Counted from the stretch's first letter, positions 1-9,548 are shown. The stretch is 64,000 nucleotides of DNA from an uncultured Alphaproteobacteria bacterium (GCA_902536655.1 CACAYF010000002.1:8693-72692); one strand, 5' to 3'. A program made the numbers and translations. Notes: a model not told the origin generated them from the sequence alone.

Positions 1-135
1 AAATAAAAGTTTAACATATCCACCATCTTCATTTTCCGGAAAATCAATAAGATCCTTACTGTGAAATGTAATCCTTTTCATATTGGGCGAGAGTTGAGAT
101 ATATTAGTAACTTTTACATTTCTGATTCTTTTCAT
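1..135 (-). CDS. siderophore-interacting (SIP/ViuB-like) FAD-binding protein, N-terminal fragment; gene runs off the left edge
   Basis: Own translation of the minus strand from ATG (complement of 133-135): MKRIRNVKVTNISQLSPNMKRITFHSKDLIDFPENEDGGYVKLLF. The pattern sP.m.RitF....l.dFp....g.YvKLlF is the start of the SIP FAD-binding barrel. Only 45 codons are visible. Confidence 0.45.
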   Translation of the reverse strand, partial: MKRIRNVKVTNISQLSPNMKRITFHSKDLIDFPENEDGGYVKLLF

Positions 136-249
136 ATTTAATAGTATAATTTAATAAAAAAAATCAAAAAGACATAATTTTATTCCGTTTATAATTTTTT
201 GTCTAAAGTTTTGCCTTTTATTAGTTGTTTAAAATACTAATTAATAATT

Positions 250-1266
250 ATGACTAGTATTAAAGGTTTAAGTTCTACATTTCCAAAGCACAAAGTGTTT
301 CAGGAGGATATTAAAGCTTTGGGTAGAAAAATTTTTGCGTCTAAAACTAATTTTAAAAAAATGGAAAAGGTTTATGACAACTCTGGAGTAAAAGTAAGAT
401 ATCTTACCAACGACTTGAATTGGTATATAAATGAGCATAATTGGTCTGAAAGAAATTCTTTATTTAAAAAGAATGCTATTTTTTTATCAAAAAAATCAAT
501 TTCTCAAACTTTTGAGAAGTCTAACATTAGACCTGAGGAAATCGGGGGCATAGTTTTTATAAATAGTACAGGTATATCTACGCCAACTATTGATGCTGAG
601 ATATTTAATTTATTCAATTTCAATAATGAAGTATTAAGATTACCTTTTTTTGGTTATGGATGTTCTGGAGGAGTTTTGGGACTAAATAGAGCAGTTGAAG
701 TATATAAAAATATTAAAAAACCAGTTTTGGTCTGTAATGTTGAATTATGTAGCTTAACCTTTAGACCTCAAATATTTAGTAAAGAAAACATTGTCAGTTC
801 TTCATTATTTGGTGATGGATCAATTTCTTACATAGTTACAGAAGGAGGAAACTGTAAAATATTAAATTCAATGGAGCACACTTGGAGAGATTCTTTAAAT
901 CTTATGGGTTGGGGCGTAGAAGATGACGGGTTGTCAGTTATTTTTGATAAAATCATTCCTGAATTTATAACTAAAAAACTTCCAGAAGTTGTCAATAAAT
1001 TTCCTTTAAAGGATTTAGATGGTTACGTTTTGCATTCAGGTGGTATGAAAATTATAAACGCCTACAAAAAAATTTTTAATAATGACCCAACTATTGACGT
1101 TTCTCAAAAAATTTTATCAGAATATGGTAATGTTTCGTCAGTGTCAGTTTTGCTTGTTTTAAAAGAAATCATAAAGAAAAAAAGTAATGGAATCTTTTTA
1201 ATGTCTGCTCTTGGACCAGGTTTTACCGCAGGTATGGCTGGCTTAGAAATTTGTTCTAATGATTGA
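250..1266 (+). CDS. type III polyketide synthase (chalcone/stilbene synthase-like, bacterial alkylresorcinol/alkylpyrone type)
   Basis: 338 aa. The Cys-His-Asn triad lies in typical contexts: FGYGCSGGV (active-site Cys), YVLHSGGMKI (His), EYGNVSSVSV (Asn). Thiolase-fold length is right. Confidence 0.8.
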   Translation: MTSIKGLSSTFPKHKVFQEDIKALGRKIFASKTNFKKMEKVYDNSGVKVRYLTNDLNWYINEHNWSERNSLFKKNAIFLSKKSISQTFEKSNIRPEEIGGIVFINSTGISTPTIDAEIFNLFNFNNEVLRLPFFGYGCSGGVLGLNRAVEVYKNIKKPVLVCNVELCSLTFRPQIFSKENIVSSSLFGDGSISYIVTEGGNCKILNSMEHTWRDSLNLMGWGVEDDGLSVIFDKIIPEFITKKLPEVVNKFPLKDLDGYVLHSGGMKIINAYKKIFNNDPTIDVSQKILSEYGNVSSVSVLLVLKEIIKKKSNGIFLMSALGPGFTAGMAGLEICSND

Positions 1267-1753
1267 TACTTACTTAATACTTTACATCATTTTATGCAGA
1301 TTATTTGAACTTTTATTAAGTAAAAGAAACACTGCAAAACTATTAAAAGAAGGTGGCGTTGAATATTACAAAAATCATTACAAGTATATTGTTGTTTTTC
1401 ATGTCATCTTTGTATTTTTCTTTCTTATAAAATCAATGAATGAAATAGAGGTAAATATTGAATATCTTTATGCCTTTTTAGTTTTACAGTTACTAAGATA
1501 TAAAATAATTTTTGATTTAGGTTTTTTTTGGACAACAAGAATCATAGTTATAAACAAACCCTTAGTTAAGACATTCCTTTTTAAATATTTAAAACATCCG
1601 AATTATGTTGTTGTAATTTTAGAAATAATATTAGTTTGTTTATTTTTTGACGACTTGCTTGCATTGATTTTCTTTACGTTTTTTAATTTAATTTTGATAT
1701 GTATTAGAATATTTTACGAAGAAAAGGCTAATAAATTTAGAAAAAATTTATAA
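1259..1753 (+). CDS. isoprenylcysteine carboxyl methyltransferase (ICMT)-family membrane methyltransferase
   Basis: 164 aa, multi-TM. C-terminal signature LKHPNYVVVILEI...IRIFYEEKA matches the ICMT family (RHP.Y ... EE..L). Overlaps the PKS stop by 8 nt (ATGATTGA), as in PKS-methyltransferase pairs such as srsA/srsB. Confidence 0.65.
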   Translation: MIDTYLILYIILCRLFELLLSKRNTAKLLKEGGVEYYKNHYKYIVVFHVIFVFFFLIKSMNEIEVNIEYLYAFLVLQLLRYKIIFDLGFFWTTRIIVINKPLVKTFLFKYLKHPNYVVVILEIILVCLFFDDLLALIFFTFFNLILICIRIFYEEKANKFRKNL

Positions 1754-1906
1754 TTTATATTCAAAATATCAATAGTTAATTTTTTCAAATAACTTTTCTT
1801 AAAATAAAAAAAACAAAAGAGATATTAAAATTGTCTTATTTTATCTATTATTAATAAAATGCCAAAATCAACTATGATTTTCAGCTTTGATTTATAAAAA
1901 ATAAAA

Positions 1907-2737
1907 GTGAAGTTTTTAATTTTCTCAGATCTTGATGGAACCTTTTTAAATCATAATACATATTCTTATGGAACACTAAAAAATTATATAAATAATCTTG
2001 ATTTAGAGTTTGAGTTGATATTCGTAACCAGTAAAACATTTGAAGAAATCTTAGAAATACAGAATAAACTAAATATTAATCATCCGTTCATTGCTGAAAA
2101 TGGAGCTTGTATTTTCTTCCCACCTGGCTATTTAAAGCATACTAGAAATACACGGGAAAATTTTTTTATACATAATAATCATTATTGTTACAAAATGTCT
2201 AATCTTAAATCTGATGATCTAATCAACAGTTTTTCAGATTTAAAAAAAAAATATAAATTTTGTTTTTATAGTGAATTAAGCAATGAGAGTCTTTGTAAAT
2301 TGACAAAACTTAAATTGAGAGAAGCTGAAAATAGTAAGATTAGATTATTTACAAATCCAATTTTTTGGAAAGATACAAATGAAAAATTGTTAAATTTTAA
2401 ATCCGATGTAATGAAAATTAATAAAGGTCTTAAAATTCTAAAAGGTGGGAGATTTTTACATATTTCCGATAACTACAATAAAGCAAAAGCTGTAAAAAAT
2501 TTTATAAAAACAATTAAGTCAATTTCAAATGATAGATTTTTGACTGTTTCTCTTGGAGATAGTGAAAATGATATTTGTATGCTTGAATCTACTGATTATA
2601 GTTGTATTGTTAAAAGAAAAGCAAATAAAATTTCTTTAAAAAAAAAAGATAATATTTATTTTAGTAAAACTGAAGCACCTGATGGGTGGAGAGAATCTTT
2701 GGAATTTGTAATTAGAATGGAGAGTAAAAATTTCTGA
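1907..2737 (+). CDS. gpgP: HAD-IIB phosphatase of the mannosyl-/glucosyl-3-phosphoglycerate phosphatase (MpgP/YedP) family
   Basis: GTG start. N-terminus MKFLIFSDLDGTFL...VTSKT...PFIAENGA plus C-terminal GDSENDICML closely parallel E. coli YedP/MpgP motifs. Substrate is assigned from the adjacent GpgS. Confidence 0.7.
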   Translation: MKFLIFSDLDGTFLNHNTYSYGTLKNYINNLDLEFELIFVTSKTFEEILEIQNKLNINHPFIAENGACIFFPPGYLKHTRNTRENFFIHNNHYCYKMSNLKSDDLINSFSDLKKKYKFCFYSELSNESLCKLTKLKLREAENSKIRLFTNPIFWKDTNEKLLNFKSDVMKINKGLKILKGGRFLHISDNYNKAKAVKNFIKTIKSISNDRFLTVSLGDSENDICMLESTDYSCIVKRKANKISLKKKDNIYFSKTEAPDGWRESLEFVIRMESKNF

Positions 2738-3944
2738 TTTTTATCAAAACGGTATAGTAGCTACATTACACAATTTTTCTAAAAGGCCCTATAATGAATT
2801 AGAAAAAGAACTAATAAATTATTCTAAATTTAGACCGATTACCTTGATACTTCCTTCTCTTTTTACTGAGATAGAAGGTAAAGCTTTACCAAAAATAATA
2901 GATGAAATATCAAAAGTTAAGTTTCTGCAAAATATAGTTATTGGATTAGACAAAGCAAATCAAAAAGAATTTAAGATTGCAAGAAATTTTTTTTCAAGAT
3001 TGCCTCAAAGACACGAAATATTATGGAATGATGGCCCAAACTTGAAGAAACTCAATAAACAGCTTGCTGAGCAGAATCTTGCCCCACAAGAAATGGGAAA
3101 AGGTAGAAATGTTTGGTATTGCATGGGATATATTCTTTCATTAGGCGATACAGAAGCTATAGCATTACATGATTGTGATATCTTGACATACAACAAAAAT
3201 TTATTAGCCAGACTTATTTATCCAGTAGCAAATCCTCGTTTTAATTTTGATTTTTGTAAAGGCTATTATCCCAGAGTTTCAGATAATAAAGTAAGGGGAA
3301 GAGTTGCAAGGCTTTTAGTAACACCTCTATTAAGGGCGTTGGAGAAGACAATTGGTTTCAAAGAATATATTTCATTTATAGATTCTTTTAGGTATCCACT
3401 TGCAGGTGAATTTTCATTTAGGCGAAGAGTTCTAAAAGATATAAGGATTCCTTTTGATTGGGGACTTGAGATTGGTGTTTTATCTGAAATGTACAGAAAC
3501 TACGCTGGAAACAGATTGTGTCAAGTTGATATTGCGGATAATTATGATCATAAACACCAAGATATATCTCTGCGTGATATGTCTAAAGGATTATCAAAAA
3601 TGTCTATTGATATAATTAAGGCGGTCATTAGAAAATTAGCTTCACAGGGAGAAACCTTCTCGATGTCAATTTTTAGGTCTCTAAAAGCTACATACTATAG
3701 AGAAGCTCTTGATTTTGTTCAAATTTATAAAAAAGACGCTATAATGAATGATTATGAAATTGATGTTCATGAAGAAGAAACAGCAGTTGAGTTGTTTGCT
3801 CAAAATATAATGCATGCTGGAAAAATTTTTTTAGATTCGCCGATGGAATCACCAAATATACCAACATGGAGTAGAGTTGACACCGCAATTCCGAGTTTTT
3901 TAAATAATCTTAAGAAAGCAGTCAAGGAAGATAACGAGCTTTAA
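2730..3944 (+). CDS. gpgS: glucosyl-3-phosphoglycerate synthase (GT81-like retaining glycosyltransferase)
   Basis: Blocks GKGRNVWY, ALHDCDI, GRVARLLVTPLLRAL, PLAGEFSFRR, FDWGLEIGVL and NYDHKHQ align with mycobacterial GpgS blocks (GKGEALW, IDSDL, GRVTELVARPLLAAL, PLSGEYAASR, GYGVEIGLL, RAHRN). The ORF track starts at TTG 2844, but the frame is open from 2712 and encodes a conserved-looking SDFYQNGIVATLHNF. I place the start at ATT 2730 (GGAG at 2719-2722). The start is uncertain; the 3' end is certain. Confidence 0.7.
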   Translation: MSDFYQNGIVATLHNFSKRPYNELEKELINYSKFRPITLILPSLFTEIEGKALPKIIDEISKVKFLQNIVIGLDKANQKEFKIARNFFSRLPQRHEILWNDGPNLKKLNKQLAEQNLAPQEMGKGRNVWYCMGYILSLGDTEAIALHDCDILTYNKNLLARLIYPVANPRFNFDFCKGYYPRVSDNKVRGRVARLLVTPLLRALEKTIGFKEYISFIDSFRYPLAGEFSFRRRVLKDIRIPFDWGLEIGVLSEMYRNYAGNRLCQVDIADNYDHKHQDISLRDMSKGLSKMSIDIIKAVIRKLASQGETFSMSIFRSLKATYYREALDFVQIYKKDAIMNDYEIDVHEEETAVELFAQNIMHAGKIFLDSPMESPNIPTWSRVDTAIPSFLNNLKKAVKEDNEL

Positions 3945-3953
3945 TTACTTTTA

Positions 3954-5681
3954 ATGAAAGAATTAGATCAAAAAATACTTCAAAGTCATTTAAGCTCAAT
4001 TTATAAAGATAAGAATATCAAACAAATTGATTTTTTATGCAGTGAAATAAGAAAAATATTTCCCAATAGTTTAAAAAAAAATATATATAAAGATCTTTGG
4101 AATGAAAATGATTGCTTCTTAATTACTTATGCTGATTCAGTAAGAACAAAAAATAATAAAAACTTTAAAACGTTAGATGCTTTTCTTAATAAATATTGTA
4201 AAGTTTTCAATTTCTTACATATTCTTCCTTTTTTTCCTTCATCTTCTGACGATGGTTTTGCAGTAATCGATTATAAAAAAATAGATGAAGTAAATGGTGA
4301 TTGGAATGATTTTAGAAAAATATCAAAAAATTTTAAGATTATGGCTGATTTGGTTATTAACCATTGTTCCTCTATTAATGAACTTTTCCTTAACTTTCTC
4401 AAAAATGCGGAACCTGGACTAGATTATTTTATTTATAGTAAAAATAAGTTTAAAGGTTTAACTAAAGTTGTAAGACCAAGGACATCTAATCTTTTAAAAG
4501 AAATAAAAATTGAAGGTAAAAAAGGATATGTATGGTGCACTTTTAGTCATGACCAAATAGACTTAAATTTTAAAAATCCAAAAGTTCTTATTTACTTCCT
4601 TAAAATCATTAAATTTTACATAGATAATGGTGTATCGGTTTTAAGATTGGATGCAGTTGCATTTTTATGGAAAAAAGAAGGGACAAATTGCATAAATCTC
4701 CCTGAAACACACAGTATTATAAGGTTAATCAGACTTATAGTAGAAAATTACTCTCCAAACTCAATAATTATTACTGAAACAAATATACCAAGCCATGAAA
4801 ACCTAAGTTACTTTGGAAATAATAATGAAGCACATTGTATTTATAATTTTTCATTAGCACCTCTCCTTATTCACGCAATTATTTCAGGAAGTAGTTTTTA
4901 TTTAAAGAAATGGTCTCGAAGTATGCCACCTGCACAGTTAGGAAACGCTTACCTAAATTTTTTATCTACTCACGATGGAATTGGAATGCGTCCGCTAGAG
5001 GGGATTATTCCAGACGATGAACAAAATAAACTTTTTACAACTCTTCAAAAATCTGGTGCATTTCTTTCTTACAGATCATTCAATAATAAAGAAAATGTTT
5101 ATGAAGTTAATACAACATTGTTAGATGCATTTTCTCTCACTTATCACGGTAAAGATAAGTTTAAGACTAAAAGATTTATATTAGCTCACGAAATTTTATT
5201 TTCAATGGAAGGTATACCCGCAGTTTATTTCCAAAATTTAGTGGGTTCAAATAATGATATTTCAAAGTTTAAAAAAACTAAATCAGTTAGATCCATAAAT
5301 AGAAAAAATTGGGACTTCAATATACTTTCAAAAAAACTCGAAAAATCATCTTCAATAAATAGCAAAATGTATTCTTCACTGATAAGATTGATTGTATTAA
5401 GAAAAAAGCAACCTGCTTTTCATCCTAACGCAACTCAGTTTACATTACAGTTAGATGATTTCTTTTTTGGAATATGGAGGCAAAGTATAGACAGAAGTCA
5501 AAGTATTTTTTGTGTAAGTAATTTGACAAAATCAAGAAAAAAATTCTTCTTGCATGATATTAATTTAATTTCTACGAATAATTGGTTTGACATACTTAAA
5601 CACAAAAAAATTAAAAATATTAATTCTGAGATAATTCTTCAACCCTATCAAAGTGTATGGATAACTAACAAATTATTTTAA
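3954..5681 (+). CDS. GH13 sucrose-phosphorylase-family glycoside phosphorylase (candidate glucosylglycerate phosphorylase)
   Basis: 575 aa. GH13 catalytic regions are present: VLRLDAVAFLWK (nucleophile Asp), IIITETN (acid/base Glu), FLSTHDGIGMRP (HD). Specificity is inferred only from linkage to gpgS/gpgP. Confidence 0.7.
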   Translation: MKELDQKILQSHLSSIYKDKNIKQIDFLCSEIRKIFPNSLKKNIYKDLWNENDCFLITYADSVRTKNNKNFKTLDAFLNKYCKVFNFLHILPFFPSSSDDGFAVIDYKKIDEVNGDWNDFRKISKNFKIMADLVINHCSSINELFLNFLKNAEPGLDYFIYSKNKFKGLTKVVRPRTSNLLKEIKIEGKKGYVWCTFSHDQIDLNFKNPKVLIYFLKIIKFYIDNGVSVLRLDAVAFLWKKEGTNCINLPETHSIIRLIRLIVENYSPNSIIITETNIPSHENLSYFGNNNEAHCIYNFSLAPLLIHAIISGSSFYLKKWSRSMPPAQLGNAYLNFLSTHDGIGMRPLEGIIPDDEQNKLFTTLQKSGAFLSYRSFNNKENVYEVNTTLLDAFSLTYHGKDKFKTKRFILAHEILFSMEGIPAVYFQNLVGSNNDISKFKKTKSVRSINRKNWDFNILSKKLEKSSSINSKMYSSLIRLIVLRKKQPAFHPNATQFTLQLDDFFFGIWRQSIDRSQSIFCVSNLTKSRKKFFLHDINLISTNNWFDILKHKKIKNINSEIILQPYQSVWITNKLF

Positions 5682-5688
5682 TTGCTTT

Positions 5689-6144
5689 ATGTTAAAAAAA
5701 TTAATTAATCTGATAAAAAAAATTGATAATGGAATAAATACTTTTTCTGAAGGTCTGTTTATATACTCAGAATTTTTATTAAGAATATTTTTAGGAATTG
5801 CATTTATTATACACGGTTATAATAAATTTCCCTTACCACCAGCTACGTTGATAAAATATTTTGGATTTAGTCCACATCTAGCGTCATTCGTTGCAATTTC
5901 AGAAGTTTTGGCGGGTATTTTAATAATTTTGTCTAGATTTATAAATTCATTTTTAGGAAGTTTATTAACCAGAATATCTGCATTGATGATTGTAATTATT
6001 ATGATTTTTGCTTTTTATTTTGCTCACAAAGATTGGTTTTTTAATCAAAAGCTTTTTACAAGTGAACAGATATTTTTATTTATATTAGGAGTTTATTTTT
6101 TAATTAATGGAAATTGTAATTATAGAAATAAAAATGAAAGTTGA
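5689..6144 (+). CDS. DoxX-family small membrane protein
   Basis: 151 aa, 4 predicted TM segments, RIFLGIAFIIHGYNKF motif typical of DoxX. Confidence 0.55.
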   Translation: MLKKLINLIKKIDNGINTFSEGLFIYSEFLLRIFLGIAFIIHGYNKFPLPPATLIKYFGFSPHLASFVAISEVLAGILIILSRFINSFLGSLLTRISALMIVIIMIFAFYFAHKDWFFNQKLFTSEQIFLFILGVYFLINGNCNYRNKNES

Positions 6145-6200
6145 ATGTCAATAAAAAATAACTGTCGAACTAACGTGAAAAAGTGAATTTTAATTTTTAA

Positions 6201-7364
6201 TCATATTTCAAACAATAACATATAGCTATAAGCTACGATAATTGCTGGGATCCCACTATATAAAGTTGCTAAAATTGCTGACTTAGGTGCTAAGGCGATA
6301 GCTGGAAAAAGTGCATCTCCATCATTGGAAATTGCATTCCCAAGTTCAGCTGATAATGGTATATATCCATTTAAGTAAAAGGTTGTCACAATTATTTGAG
6401 GACCACAACCAGGAATAAAACCAAATAAAATTGCAATTAATGGAACAAAAGCTATCCAAACATTAAAAAATGCCATTAAATCTATATCAGTAAAATAAAT
6501 TAATAATTCAAAAAAAAGAAAACCACAGACCACCCAAGTAGTTACAAAATTTGTCGTATCTATAACTCTAGAAAGAAAACTTCGTGTTTTTTCGGTTGAA
6601 CATTGGAAATCACTCAGTGGATTCAATGTCCACATAAAGATAGAAATAATTGCACCAATTGAACCTATTGATTCTACAAGATTGAAATTAGAAACAAGAA
6701 AATAATTATCTAAATTGACTCTAAAGGCGGTTAGTAAACCTACACAAAAACCTGGAACAAAAATAATAACCCAAAAAATATTAAATCTTGAAACAAATGT
6801 ATTACCAATTTTTTCAAATTCTATCTTGAAATTTTCCTTGAGTTCCTGAAATTTATGGTTGTGAAAAAAATCTACGAAATAGCCTGTTACTATTCCAGTT
6901 CCACATGTTATTACGAAAACAAGAATTCCTGTAGATGGTTCCTTTGAAAGAAGAAGAAAAGCTGCATCACCCATTGTAGCAGTTAATACTGCTACTAGTG
7001 AACCAAAGCTTATTCTTCCTTGAATAAATTGAGTTACTACAATTATAGCTCCTCCACAACCTGGTAGCGCTCCAAGAATTGTAGCAATTGGAACATGAAA
7101 TGTTTTTGTTTTATTTAAGAAATTTTCAACATTGAATTTTGTTAACGAATCAATTCCTATGAATATGAATAATGTGAAACCAACAAAAACAGAAACTTGT
7201 AAGTAAGCTTCAACTAAAACACTTCTGACAATATCTCCTAAATCGTTTGATTGAAAAGCAAATGACAGAATCAAAAAACCTAGCAGGCATTTTTTTAACA
7301 AACGACCATCGTTTGCAACAAATATCGCCTTATTATTTCTGATTACTGATAGAATTGCATTCAT
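6201..7364 (-). CDS. polytopic permease, resembles ArsP_2 / putative 10-TM heavy-metal exporter family
   Basis: 387 aa, highly hydrophobic. Two internally repeated halves each carry a PGCG motif (LPGCGGAIIVVTQF and IPGCGPQIIVTTFY). Family assignment is from memory of that motif. Confidence 0.4.
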   Translation of the reverse strand: MNAILSVIRNNKAIFVANDGRLLKKCLLGFLILSFAFQSNDLGDIVRSVLVEAYLQVSVFVGFTLFIFIGIDSLTKFNVENFLNKTKTFHVPIATILGALPGCGGAIIVVTQFIQGRISFGSLVAVLTATMGDAAFLLLSKEPSTGILVFVITCGTGIVTGYFVDFFHNHKFQELKENFKIEFEKIGNTFVSRFNIFWVIIFVPGFCVGLLTAFRVNLDNYFLVSNFNLVESIGSIGAIISIFMWTLNPLSDFQCSTEKTRSFLSRVIDTTNFVTTWVVCGFLFFELLIYFTDIDLMAFFNVWIAFVPLIAILFGFIPGCGPQIIVTTFYLNGYIPLSAELGNAISNDGDALFPAIALAPKSAILATLYSGIPAIIVAYSYMLLFEI

Positions 7365-7411
7365 AGCACATATTAAATATACTGTTTCCTATGAAGAATT
7401 CAATAATCTAA

Positions 7412-7428
7412 ATAAGAATCATTCTAAA
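7412..7428. promoter_or_regulatory. candidate operator: ATAAGAA-TCA-TTCTAAA inverted repeat (resembles alphaproteobacterial Irr ICE box TTTAGAA-N3-TTCTAAA)
   Basis: Lies 48-64 nt upstream of the putative metal-exporter start (7364, minus strand). The right half is an exact TTCTAAA; the left half matches 5/7. AT-rich palindromes can arise by chance here. Confidence 0.2.
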
Positions 7429-7503
7429 ATAATTATTTACATCTTAAAATATAAAGATGATTAAAAACCAAAAATTTTTAGACATTATATTTTAATCATT
7501 TTA

Positions 7504-8265
7504 TTATGTTTTGATTTTGTAGCCAGTTTTAAAAATCCAAGAGACAAAAACCATGCACAAAACTAGAAAAAACAATGTAGCTGAAATTGAAACAACAACA
7601 TTTACATCAGATTTACCGTAAAAACTCCATCTAAAAGAGCTTATTAAATACACAATTGGATTAACGTAAGAAAGTTTCTGCCAAAAATCAGGTAGCATAC
7701 CTATTGAATAAAAACTTCCACCAAGAAAAGTTAATGGTGTCAAAATAAATGACGGAATTAATTGTATTTTTTGAAAGTCGTTTGCCCATATTCCAATTAT
7801 AAATCCAAACAAACTGAATGTTATGCTCATTAGAATAAGAAATAATAGCATCCAAAACGGATGTAGAATTGTTATTTCTATAAAAAAGGCCGAAGTTATT
7901 AAAATAATCAGTCCTACCAATACTGACTTGCTTGCTGCAGCTAAAACATATCCACATGTTATCTCAATAGGTGAAATTGGGGCAGATAATATTTCATAAA
8001 TGGTCCCACTAAATTTTGGAAAGTAAATTCCGAATGATGCATTTGAAACACTTTGATTTAATATTGTTAACATTATTAGACCCGGGACAAGAAAGGATGT
8101 GTAATTTACTCCATCAATATTTCCAATTTTCGAACCAATTGCAGAACCAAAAACAATAAAGTACAATGCAGTTGAAAGAACTGGTGATGCTATACTTTGA
8201 GAAACCGTTCTAAACATCCTTGACATTTCAAAATGGTATATTGCAAAAATTCCTCTTAAATTCAT
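7504..8265 (-). CDS. ABC-2 type transporter permease (YadH-like)
   Basis: 253 aa, 6 TM segments, ABC-2 topology. Overlaps the upstream ATPase gene by 4 nt. Confidence 0.7.
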   Translation of the reverse strand: MNLRGIFAIYHFEMSRMFRTVSQSIASPVLSTALYFIVFGSAIGSKIGNIDGVNYTSFLVPGLIMLTILNQSVSNASFGIYFPKFSGTIYEILSAPISPIEITCGYVLAAASKSVLVGLIILITSAFFIEITILHPFWMLLFLILMSITFSLFGFIIGIWANDFQKIQLIPSFILTPLTFLGGSFYSIGMLPDFWQKLSYVNPIVYLISSFRWSFYGKSDVNVVVSISATLFFLVLCMVFVSWIFKTGYKIKT

Positions 8266-9173
8266 TTTTCTACCATATTTAAAAAAATCTCTTCAAGGTT
8301 ACTTTTTTCAATTTCAATGTCATCAATTTTAACTGAAGATTTTACTAAGTCAGATAATAGACTAGCGGAAAGATCAACATTTTTTTTGGAGTTATAAATA
8401 TAACTGAGTTTATTTTTATTTTTCTTTAGCTGATATTTTTTTGTAATGTACGAAATTTTATTGTGTGAGCTATTTATTGTAATAATAATTTTTTTTTCAC
8501 CTAATTTATCTATCAATTTCTTTTTATTTTCAGTTATTACAATTTCTCCGTTGTTGATTATTCCAATTCTATCTGCAATATTTTCAGCTTCTTCAATATA
8601 ATGGGTTGTAAGAAAAATGGTCACTCCATTTTTTTTTAGTTTATTTAAAAAATTCCATAGAGTTTTTCTAAGATTGACGTCTACGCCTGCAGTTGGTTCG
8701 TCTAAAAAAAGAATTTTTGGTTCATGTGACAATGCCTTTGCAATCATAACTCTTCTTTTCATGCCCCCAGAGAGAGTTCTAATTTGATTGTTTTTTTTTG
8801 TAACTAAATTTAAACTTTTTAGGATAAAACTTAAATATTCATCAGAAGGAACTTTATTAAATAAACCTCTACTAAATTTAAGCGTATTAATTACTTTTTC
8901 AAATGAGTCAGTGGCTATCTCTTGTGGAACTAATCCAATTTTAGATCGTGTGAATTTGTAATCAAGAATATTGTCTTTTCCAAATATAGTAACCTTACCA
9001 CTAGTTTTTTTTGAAATACCACAAATTATGTTTATTAATGTTGATTTTCCTGCCCCATTTGGACCTAATAAAGCAAAAATTTCACCACTTCTAACAGAAA
9101 GGTTTATATTTTTTAAAGCTTTTAATCCATTTTCATAGGACTTATTTAAATTTTTAATACCAATAGCGATCAT
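8262..9173 (-). CDS. ABC transporter ATP-binding protein (YadG-like, partner of ABC-2 permease)
   Basis: Walker [10 protein letters not shown], signature LSGGMKRR, Walker [10 protein letters not shown]-loop TTHY. Confidence 0.85.
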   Translation of the reverse strand: MIAIGIKNLNKSYENGLKALKNINLSVRSGEIFALLGPNGAGKSTLINIICGISKKTSGKVTIFGKDNILDYKFTRSKIGLVPQEIATDSFEKVINTLKFSRGLFNKVPSDEYLSFILKSLNLVTKKNNQIRTLSGGMKRRVMIAKALSHEPKILFLDEPTAGVDVNLRKTLWNFLNKLKKNGVTIFLTTHYIEEAENIADRIGIINNGEIVITENKKKLIDKLGEKKIIITINSSHNKISYITKKYQLKKNKNKLSYIYNSKKNVDLSASLLSDLVKSSVKIDDIEIEKSNLEEIFLNMVEK

Positions 9174-9237
9174 TTAATAAAACCTTAAAAGGTTTGTTGG
9201 TTTTAATGTACTCATAATGATAAGTTTGGATTCTCTT

Positions 9238-9516
9238 CTACGACTTTTCAATGATAAAAGATCTATTACCTTCAAAAATCTCAACTTTAATATTAGAATT
9301 TGATTTCAATTTATTTATTACTAGTTCTTTCGATTTTTCTGCTGATTCTTTGGAATCAAATTTATTTATTACTATACTGTGAAGATCTGTTATTCGAACA
9401 ACTTCTATTGACAAAATACCTGGTAAGACATCGATTAATTCATGTTTAGCCAGTGCATTCATTGCATCTGCTTCAATCTTTGAAGAAAACTTAATATTAA
9501 CAACTCTTATAAACAC
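9238..9516 (-). CDS. small hypothetical protein (possibly ABM/ferredoxin-like fold)
   Basis: 92-aa ORF in the same orientation as its neighbours. No diagnostic motif. Confidence 0.35.
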   Translation of the reverse strand: MFIRVVNIKFSSKIEADAMNALAKHELIDVLPGILSIEVVRITDLHSIVINKFDSKESAEKSKELVINKLKSNSNIKVEIFEGNRSFIIEKS

Positions 9517-9548
9517 TATAACTTTAACTAATTGTAAGTGTTTATTTA

